From a virus, in IMG/VR virus record IMGVR_UViG_3300032323_000670, positions 1-64,000 of that record: DNA of 64,000 nt; one strand, 5' to 3'. Every line of letters starts with the position of its first letter. Position 1 is the stretch's first letter. This document shows, one piece after another, positions 20,326 to 27,269 of the stretch. The notes under the pieces were generated by a model. The model did not search any database. It was given only the letters and a program-made list of their open reading frames with translations, and was not told the origin of the DNA. Both the position numbers and the translations under genes were made by a program.

Positions 20326-21327
20326 ATGAATAAGATAAGCTCTACTGGTAAACTTGCTAAAAAGTATCTTAAGAAGTACCCTAACCTTCCAATCCTCACA
20401 ATTGCTAAACTCATGTACGCTGAAAATGACCTGCACTTTAACAGTGTAGATCACGCGCGTTCACTACTTAAGCGTCATGCGGGACTAGGTGGTAAAGAGA
20501 CTAGAAAGAATGTAGATCCAGAACTACAAAGACCCATAACATATAATTATGCACCATTCAATGATATACCCAAATCATACAAGTCTGGACCTAATGACTT
20601 TACATTACCAGATGATGCTAATCATATTCTTGTTCTTTCTGATATACACTTTCCTTATCATGATGAAGAAGCTCTGGGTGCGGCTATCCAATACGGAATA
20701 CAAGAACAAGTTAATACGGTACTTCTTGACGGTGATATTCTAGACTTCTACCAGTTGTCACGGTTTGACAAGGACCCTTCTAAACCTAAGATGATGGTGG
20801 AACTTGAGCAAGGTAGATGGTTTATGAAAGCATTACGCACAGCATTCCCAAAAGCTAGAATCTATTATAAGATTGGTAACCATGAAGAGCGTCTAGAGAA
20901 GTGGTTAAGAATCAAAGCACCAGAGTGGATTGGGATGGATGAGTTTGAGTTAAAGATGTTACTACGTTTTGGAGAGAATCAGATAGAGCTCATAGATTCA
21001 GATGCTACTATTAAAGCAGGTAACTTAAACATTATACATGGTCACGAGTACTTAGGCGGTGGTACAGTAAACCCAGCTAGGAACTTATACCTAAAAGCAA
21101 AAGCTAGTACTATCTGTGGGCACTTCCATAGAAAGTCAGAGTTTGTTACACGTGACATCAACAACAAGATACAAGGTGCTTGGACAATGGGTTGCTTATG
21201 TGAGCTATACCCCGAGTATATGAAAGGTCACTCAGACTGGGTGCACGGATTTGCAGTAGTTAAAGTAGAGAAGGACGGTTCTTTCTCTGTAGATAATAAG
21301 ATGATTGTTGACGGAGTAGTATCATAA
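20326..21327 (+). CDS. Calcineurin-like metallophosphoesterase with basic N-terminal domain
   Basis: SDIH, GDILD, GNHE, HGHE, GHFH motifs. Confidence 0.9.
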   Translation: MNKISSTGKLAKKYLKKYPNLPILTIAKLMYAENDLHFNSVDHARSLLKRHAGLGGKETRKNVDPELQRPITYNYAPFNDIPKSYKSGPNDFTLPDDANHILVLSDIHFPYHDEEALGAAIQYGIQEQVNTVLLDGDILDFYQLSRFDKDPSKPKMMVELEQGRWFMKALRTAFPKARIYYKIGNHEERLEKWLRIKAPEWIGMDEFELKMLLRFGENQIELIDSDATIKAGNLNIIHGHEYLGGGTVNPARNLYLKAKASTICGHFHRKSEFVTRDINNKIQGAWTMGCLCELYPEYMKGHSDWVHGFAVVKVEKDGSFSVDNKMIVDGVVS

Positions 21328-21329
21328 CT

Positions 21330-21551
21330 ATGGCAACCTATATCAAAGCAGGTACATATCAGGTCCCTCATTCTGATGAACAGATTGAGGCTAACATCTA
21401 TATAGACCCGCGAGTAATACAAGTGCTTGATAGTGAGGAAGAGTTGGTAATAGAACTTACTTATGAGGAACTCCGTGGTATCATGGCTATCATGGCAGCA
21501 GAGCAAGAGAAGACTCACTTCCGTATTCAAGCTCTAGGCAGAAACAACTAG
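21330..21551 (+). CDS. Hypothetical protein
   Basis: 73 aa, 2 nt after the previous stop. Confidence 0.65.
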   Translation: MATYIKAGTYQVPHSDEQIEANIYIDPRVIQVLDSEEELVIELTYEELRGIMAIMAAEQEKTHFRIQALGRNN

Positions 21552-21554
21552 CTT

Positions 21555-22095
21555 GTAACAAATTTAGGGTAAAATTGTTACCACACTAAAGTATGTTTTA
21601 TTAGTCATTAACCCCAGTTTTCCTGGATAATGTATAGTATACCATACTATAATGTGGTTTATAAGAAACAAAAAACCTCATTTTTATACCCTGTAAGGGA
21701 TGTTATCCTGCATGGAGAATATACTCCGTACCCTGAAGGGTATTAGTTAGATGTGGTTTATAACATCTGTCACATATATATGCTAAATTTGTGACGCAAA
21801 TATCTACTATACTTGCGACAAGCATTGTGGAAAATACTCAACAGAATCAGGGTTTTAGTGGAAAATAATCCCCAACCCCCTATGGCTTAGTGGAAAATAT
21901 TTGCCAAACTCCGTAACAAAACATGGACAAACTCGGAAGTTTCCCGAGTTACTGCATGAATTTTTCCAGATTTTACATGCAGATACATATAGTATTACCG
22001 TATCACCCCTTATCTATATGCAGGTACATATAAGAATGTCAAGTTTATTGCGCAAAAAACTGGACATATCTACCTAGGGACAACCTATCCCCAGG
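21555..22095. repeat. Array of about 15 abutting, mostly distinct inverted repeats
   Basis: Examples: GTAACAA/TTGTTAC 21555-81, TATAGTAT/ATACTATA 21633-51, TACCCT/AGGGTA 21729-42, AGATGT/ACATCT 21749-68, GTCACA/TGTGAC 21769-95, AACTCGG/CCGAGTT 21930-50, CTGCATG/CATGCAG 21952-82, ATGTCaAGTTT/AAACTgGACAT 22036-67. Confidence 0.8.
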
Positions 22096-22461
22096 GGCAT
22101 CTAAGAGATTCGCCTACCCCCGGTACTAAGGTTATGTGGGGACACCCCCTATAGATGGCTAACAGGAGGGATGGTGTTTGGGATTTATAATGTAGGAGGG
22201 AGAGTGTGGGGTGTTATATATTACAACCCCGGCAAAACTTTCCAAAGGGGTCACCCCCCTGTTGTTCTGCAAGAGATATCTCTATGTATAGACATGATTG
22301 CAAAAAATATTACTGGTAGAAAAGTTCTTGCTGTGCTTGGATGGGTTAGCCTATGCTGTGACTGTGACTGTGCAGAGACCAAGACTCTATGTATGTGACA
22401 GGAGGGAGCGAGCGAGGCAAGACTATATGTATCAAACTCCTTACTGTTATTAAATATATAT

Positions 22462-22716
22462 ATGAACAATCCATTTACTTGTGAGCTGACACATGAACAG
22501 CAAGTTATGAACAGCGGTGGCAAATGCTTAGGCTGTTCAAGTGACACTGAACCTATTGTTGGCATGGAGCCAATAGACGGTCCAGACGGTACACCTGTTG
22601 CTGTAGCGTATAGCCTTGAGGGCTATGACCGCTATTGTCACGGTTGTGCAAGCTCATTGACGCAAGTCATATATGAGCCACAACCTGTTATCACTGATGA
22701 TGAGCTCCCTTTCTAG
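22462..22716 (+). CDS. Early Zn-ribbon protein with SSB-like acidic tail
   Basis: CLGC...CHGC; C-terminus ITDDELPF; directly after motif copy 1. Confidence 0.75.
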   Translation: MNNPFTCELTHEQQVMNSGGKCLGCSSDTEPIVGMEPIDGPDGTPVAVAYSLEGYDRYCHGCASSLTQVIYEPQPVITDDELPF

Positions 22717-22767
22717 GGGGTTCATCTCTTGTATAGTTAACTCCTTACTTTAATTAATAAATACATT

Positions 22768-22983
22768 ATGAAAACTTCAATTGAAATTATTGATGACATC
22801 ACCATTGAGTTGATGCAGTTAAACCGTGCTCAAGCTGTAGCAAGAGACGAGGACAAGTCTTACTTCCAAGGTATGATAGACGCTTTAAACAATAAGCGTG
22901 ATGACCTAATGCTTGATGTTAGGCATCATTCAAAGAAGATAGCAATCATTCTTGATGCACTAACAAAAGAAGACATTGATTGA
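22768..22983 (+). CDS. Early hypothetical protein
   Basis: Motif copy 2 upstream; terminator AGAGGGGC-TCT-GCCCCTTTT downstream. Confidence 0.8.
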   Translation: MKTSIEIIDDITIELMQLNRAQAVARDEDKSYFQGMIDALNNKRDDLMLDVRHHSKKIAIILDALTKEDID

Positions 22984-23050
22984 TGAGAGGGGCTCTGCCC
23001 CTTTTAAACTCTTTATCATAAACTCCTTACTTTATTTAATAATAAACAAA

Positions 23051-23233
23051 ATGAAAAGACTCGGATTAATTGTGGCTATTATAGCCAACCTTGACTCACT
23101 TGCTTTAGTGATTCTATCAGCATCAATGTCAAATGTATCAGAGGATGGAAGACTCCTCGGGATTATACTTGGTGTATTATGTTGGATTGCTACTGCTTAT
23201 GTAGTTTACTTGAGTGTAAATGAAGAGCGTTAA
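23051..23233 (+). CDS. Early two-TM membrane protein
   Basis: ATG at 23051 after motif copy 3; two hydrophobic segments. Confidence 0.75.
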   Translation: MKRLGLIVAIIANLDSLALVILSASMSNVSEDGRLLGIILGVLCWIATAYVVYLSVNEER

Positions 23234-23369
23234 GACTATCTTGAGGGTACTGAAGAAACGGTACCCTCAAGACTTCATTAGAGACCTTCGGGTTAATGAT
23301 GATGATACTGTGACCTTTAAGGTTGTGAGGAAGGATGATACGTGGAGAGAGATAACAGAGCAGGTCTAA
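23220..23369 (+). CDS. Early 49-aa protein (not in ORF track)
   Basis: MKSVKTILRVLKKRYPQDFIRDLRVNDDDTVTFKVVRKDDTWREITEQV; stop embedded in a terminator hairpin. Confidence 0.6.
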   Translation: MKSVKTILRVLKKRYPQDFIRDLRVNDDDTVTFKVVRKDDTWREITEQV

Positions 23370-23470
23370 AGACCTGTTTTGTTTTTGTGTAGGGGTGATA
23401 GGTTTGTATTTTTTACTATCACCTCTCTTCCTTCACGCACCATAAACTCCTTACTTTCCTTAATGCAAAT

Positions 23471-23641
23471 ATGAAGTACAAAGTCCAATTTGAAATTGTT
23501 GATGTTGGCTTACTGCCAAAGATGCAACAGAAGATAAACACTTGGTTGACAACAGGTCATCTCAAGAAGTTTGAAATGCATGTTCTTGATGAAAGAAAGG
23601 TGCTGTTCAACCTATGTGTTATGAAAAAGGAGGGTGAATAA
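23471..23641 (+). CDS. Early 56-aa protein (not in ORF track)
   Basis: MKYKVQFEIVDVGLLPKMQQKINTWLTTGHLKKFEMHVLDERKVLFNLCVMKKEGE; motif copy 4 upstream, terminator overlapping the stop. Confidence 0.75.
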   Translation: MKYKVQFEIVDVGLLPKMQQKINTWLTTGHLKKFEMHVLDERKVLFNLCVMKKEGE

Positions 23642-23691
23642 CCTCCTTTTTCTTTTATTTAAAACTCCTTACTATAACTAATAATACAACT

Positions 23692-23856
23692 ATGAAGAAA
23701 TCAACTGCTTATGTGTTGCTATACTGTGCAACCATTCTATTTGTGGCATTCTTGTCCTCTTGTCAGACACGTACAGTTGTACGTCCTAATCCTTGTCCAA
23801 GCTTTGACAAGAAGCAGAGCAGAGACATGCCATACTCACACCCAACATGGAGATAG
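23692..23856 (+). CDS. Early small lipoprotein (not in ORF track)
   Basis: MKKSTAYVLLYCATILFVAFLSSC lipobox; motif copy 5 upstream. Confidence 0.75.
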   Translation: MKKSTAYVLLYCATILFVAFLSSCQTRTVVRPNPCPSFDKKQSRDMPYSHPTWR

Positions 23857-23913
23857 GGGGAAACCCTTATTTCCAATCTGTTAAACTCCTTACTATACTT
23901 AATAATAATTCTT

Positions 23914-24237
23914 ATGAAAAACTTATCAGAAATTGCAATCAATGCATTCAAACAAGGGTCAGACAACTATGGTGAAAAACCAACAGGTGAAGTTAGACCA
24001 CTACGCAAGACAGTCTACAGGGAAGGTACAATCTTCTTTGATACAGAGTTCGTAGGTTGGGACCATTATTCTTGTACTGTTATGTTAGTTCAACCTGATG
24101 GACACCCGTGCACTTCAGGTATTGGGTTCTATGTTAAAGACGGTCAGATGCAAGTATGCTCAGGGCATATAGTATTTACACTGCCTGTAACCGATGAAAT
24201 TCAAGCAGAACTTGACAGTGCAGAATTGTCAAACTGA
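23914..24237 (+). CDS. Early hypothetical protein
   Basis: Motif copy 6 upstream; hairpin CATAGCCTCC/GGGGGCTATG downstream. Confidence 0.8.
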   Translation: MKNLSEIAINAFKQGSDNYGEKPTGEVRPLRKTVYREGTIFFDTEFVGWDHYSCTVMLVQPDGHPCTSGIGFYVKDGQMQVCSGHIVFTLPVTDEIQAELDSAELSN

Positions 24238-24310
24238 TAGCATAGCCTCCGTAACAGGGGGCTATGTTCCAATCTAATGAAACTCCTTACTTTAACTAAT
24301 TATAACTCTT

Positions 24311-24586
24311 ATGAAAAATGTATTAGACCAATTGTGTGAGACTGCTGTTGACACACTAAAGATGAAAATTGAATGGCGTAAAACCCGTATTGCTGAATCT
24401 GAACGAGCATTGCTTGCTAAAGTTTTAGGTGATAATAGCGGGGACTATACCATTGAGCAAACTTGTGCAGGACTTGCAACACTGCGTAGTACACTTGCTG
24501 AATTGGAGCGCTTGCTTGCATCATTGCAACCACCTGTTCCTGAACCTGCACCCATCAAGCGTGGCAGACCAAGCAAGAAGAAATAA
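24311..24586 (+). CDS. Early coiled-coil protein with AT-hook-like tail
   Basis: C-terminal KRGRPSKKK; motif copy 7 upstream; TTCG-loop terminator downstream. Confidence 0.8.
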   Translation: MKNVLDQLCETAVDTLKMKIEWRKTRIAESERALLAKVLGDNSGDYTIEQTCAGLATLRSTLAELERLLASLQPPVPEPAPIKRGRPSKKK

Positions 24587-24656
24587 GAGTAGGGCCTTCG
24601 GGCTCACTCTTTTCTCACTCAATGAAACTCCTTACTTTCTTTAACTTAAATCTCTT

Positions 24657-24962
24657 ATGAAACAAGAACAACCAATCTTAGCCTGCGCGGGCAGAGAAGC
24701 AGTATCAATTGATTCTGCATTATTAAAGGAACTGTTAAACAGTTTCACACCTAACACCATTGGTATCAGAGCAAAGGCAGAGCATGTAGCACAAGCCTTA
24801 CATTCGGTAGCATATGGTGAATATGGTGAGCATAGCCTTGAGAAATTCAAGGAGATTATCACCACCGAGTTCTTATCAGTTCAATTGATGGAAGCAAGCA
24901 AACTTGCGAGACAGTCATCTGCGGATGCTGTTGCTGATATGCCATCATTGGATTATATGTAA
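24657..24962 (+). CDS. Early hypothetical protein
   Basis: Motif copy 8 upstream; terminator at about 24980-25014. Confidence 0.8.
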   Translation: MKQEQPILACAGREAVSIDSALLKELLNSFTPNTIGIRAKAEHVAQALHSVAYGEYGEHSLEKFKEIITTEFLSVQLMEASKLARQSSADAVADMPSLDYM

Positions 24963-25043
24963 CTCGTTACTAACACAAAGACAGGGTGCCCCAATGTGGG
25001 TGCTCTGTTCTTTTCCTCTTCCCACCGAGTGAAACTCCTTACT

Positions 25044-25118
25044 ATTCTTAACAAGTATTCTGTGCCACCTCACACATAACCTACACATTGGGGTTGTGCT
25101 ACACGATACTTGTTTTCC
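25044..25118 (+). ncRNA. Candidate small early RNA
   Basis: Motif copy 9 has no ORF behind it; AACAAGTAT/ATACTTGTT closing stem with two inner hairpins, then TT. Confidence 0.45.
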
Positions 25119-25175
25119 TACTCTGTGAAACTCCTTACTTTTTCTAATCATTATTTACTTAAACCCTTAAACGCA

Positions 25176-25604
25176 ATGAAAACATTCAGAGCAATTTATG
25201 ACAATGTGCGTACTGTACGCAATGAAGACAACACCACTGTTGACAGACACTACTACCGTATCATCGGTATGTCTGACCAAGAGAAAGCCGTGTACAAAGC
25301 AGACAAAGGCGTGTACTATGTTGAGTCCAATAGAGACGGTTCACCGTGCTATTCTGTTGACGCCAATATTGGTGCAGAACTTCCTGTTAAGCGTGCAAGT
25401 AAAGCAAACGCTAAAACGGGTAAATTCTCGTGGTATCACGGGCAATCAGAGAAGCAGATTCTCAATAGCCTTGTTGAGCAGTTTCCTGCAATTGCCAAGG
25501 TTGATATGCAGTCCTTGAAAGATGATGCAAAGAAACAGTATGAAGCGCAGTATAAGACTGTGACTGTAAGTGCTGACGAGAACATTCCTGTGACTGACTT
25601 CTAA
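25176..25604 (+). CDS. Early protein, paralogue of 25993-26424
   Basis: ATG at 25176 after motif copy 10; shares KTFxA, KGxY and VDANIG with the next gene. Confidence 0.8.
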   Translation: MKTFRAIYDNVRTVRNEDNTTVDRHYYRIIGMSDQEKAVYKADKGVYYVESNRDGSPCYSVDANIGAELPVKRASKANAKTGKFSWYHGQSEKQILNSLVEQFPAIAKVDMQSLKDDAKKQYEAQYKTVTVSADENIPVTDF

Positions 25605-25608
25605 CCTG

Positions 25609-25650
25609 AAACCCTGCGTGCCTAACGGTGCGTGGGGTTTTTGCTTTTTA
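25609..25650 (+). terminator. Intrinsic terminator
   Basis: AAACCCTGCGTGCC-TAAC-GGTGCGTGGGGTTTTT. Confidence 0.75.
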
Positions 25651-25992
25651 AACGAGAGATATATAGCACCCTCTCCTTCCTTGATTACCCTCCTTACGCA
25701 TTTGTGTGTATAACACAAGATAAAGATATGTAGGACTAAAAGGTATAGGTGAACAGATCGGGTAACTACTCCATTCTTGTATTCCTAACTCACTACTACT
25801 CTGCGGGTGGATAAACACTAACAAGTTAAAAATGAACACATTAACAGTTTTACAAACTTGTATTCCTAACTACTCTCCTATCTGCCTCCTTCCCTCCCTG
25901 ATTACCCGTGCCTTCTCCTTACGCCATTGGGCATATTATGTGTGCCTAATACATTTAAAATCAATAAGTTAAACAAACAAAAAACAAGTAAA

Positions 25993-26424
25993 ATGGAAAG
26001 AAAAACATTCCAAGCAGTTTTAGTTAACCCAGGTTACACAAGTAAGAATGGGAATTGGACGGTAGTATACCGTGTGGATAATGCTACAGCAGATGAAGTA
26101 GCAAAGTACAAGACCTTTAAGGGTAAGTATGCAGGTCAAGTGGTTGACATTCAGGAAGTTAATGGACAAATGGTAGAGTGTCCGTTAATTTGGGTAGACG
26201 CTAACATTGGGAATAAGATAGAACTTATTCAAACTGTTAAGGGTAACTTCATTCAAGACAATAGTCAGATGCAGAATGCTATGGCTATTGCCAAGAAATA
26301 CCCACTATTAGCAGGTGCAATTGCTAATCAAGCGGTTCAACACTTGAACTTGTTTGGTAATAGCAAGGCAGGTGCAGGTGTGGTAGTTAATGAGGGTGAG
26401 AACGCTAATCTTAATGGGTTTTAA
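25993..26424 (+). CDS. Protein paralogous to 25176-25604
   Basis: MERKTFQAV start after an A-rich leader; VDANIG motif. Confidence 0.8.
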   Translation: MERKTFQAVLVNPGYTSKNGNWTVVYRVDNATADEVAKYKTFKGKYAGQVVDIQEVNGQMVECPLIWVDANIGNKIELIQTVKGNFIQDNSQMQNAMAIAKKYPLLAGAIANQAVQHLNLFGNSKAGAGVVVNEGENANLNGF

Positions 26425-26547
26425 GTAGCTAACTGATTGATTGTGAGAGTGTTAGTGTGTGTGACAGCACCACTAACATCTCTTGCATATCAACAGTACT
26501 ATATGCTTAACTCACTATTAAATAAAGAATCATTTAAACATAGCAAA

Positions 26548-26712
26548 ATGATAACTTACCTACTCTTACACCTTCCTACTAAACTAATAGTATACTCTTC
26601 TTATGATAAGAGAGACTTCTACTCTGTTTATGCTCTTATGTGTGATGATGATAACTACCGCAAGGTTGTTAGTGATGAAGATGATGAGTTACCGATACTT
26701 GATATGTTATGA
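26548..26712 (+). CDS. Small protein with acidic tail
   Basis: Likely ATG at 26548; ends DEDDELPILDML. Confidence 0.55.
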   Translation: MITYLLLHLPTKLIVYSSYDKRDFYSVYALMCDDDNYRKVVSDEDDELPILDML

Positions 26713-26897
26713 GTAAACTAATCTTGTTTTTATATCTCTTAACTGGTAAGGTTGAGAATGTAGATGGATTGTATACTATACATACCACCGAGAGTTCTGT
26801 TATTGAGTACGCTTGTGAAGGTGAAGTGTTATCTTATATAGAGACAGGTGTCTTTATGTATGATGATAACCTTTGTTACGCAGGTGAACTCAAGTAG
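26709..26897 (+). CDS. Small hypothetical protein
   Basis: ATGA overlap with the previous gene. Confidence 0.6.
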   Translation: MSKLILFLYLLTGKVENVDGLYTIHTTESSVIEYACEGEVLSYIETGVFMYDDNLCYAGELK

Positions 26898-26899
26898 TC

Positions 26900-27203
26900 T
26901 TGTAAAGTGAAGAATGTTAACCGCACTATAAATTACTATGGTTAAGTACAAAATGCATTCTGTATCTTTACAACCCCTTGTCCTTATGTTATAGAAGAAT
27001 AGTCCAGCACTATTAAAACTACAATTATAATAAGGTTAAACAACTATTCTGTTTAACATAAGGACATTACCCCGCACATTAAAGAATGATTCAGCACTGT
27101 AAACTAATAATACAATGCTAACCGATAGGGTAGAACCCTGTCAGTGAGAAAGGTAGGCCACAACAGTATACTGTTAAGGCTCTCATCATTCTGTAGTATG
27201 TGT
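26900..27203 (+). ncRNA. Three tandem Y-RNA-like structured units
   Basis: Units 26900-26973, 26979-27066 and 27074-27203, each with a closing stem and conserved AAGAAT..C(A/C)GCACT ... ATTCTGT; directly upstream of a TROVE-like gene. Confidence 0.65.
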
Positions 27204-27269
27204 AAAGCCTAGTAGTAATACTAGTGGCCTGCCAATCTCAAACTTGTTTAACTTAAAACCTTTAAAGCA

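Larger units (their letters stand above)
22435..25139 (+). promoter_or_regulatory. Ten copies of AACTCCTTACT, putative early phage promoter
   Basis: Exact copies start at 22435, 22739, 23021, 23445, 23663, 23884, 24281, 24626, 25033, 25129; eight lie 15-20 nt before an ATG and most follow a terminator hairpin. Confidence 0.8.

Noticed and set aside
21625-21670. dif/loxP-like site (GGATAATGTATAGTAT)
   Set aside because: Only a partial resemblance; the XerD arm TTATGTTAAAT is missing and no recombinase gene is in the window.
22171-22565. ORFs 22171-22398 (+) and 22251-22565 (-)
   Set aside because: Atypical composition, no A-rich leader, and overlap with the regulatory/early region; probably non-coding, possibly near the genome end.
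22435-25139. AACTCCTTACT repeats as a CRISPR array or as minus-strand Shine-Dalgarno sites (TAAGGAG)
   Set aside because: The repeat is only 11 nt and the spacers are 85-415 nt containing genes. Spacing is fixed relative to plus-strand ATGs, and the minus-strand ORFs there look like shadows.
26900-27260. tRNA genes
   Set aside because: No T-loop GTTCRA or cloverleaf; treated as Y-RNA-like candidates instead.
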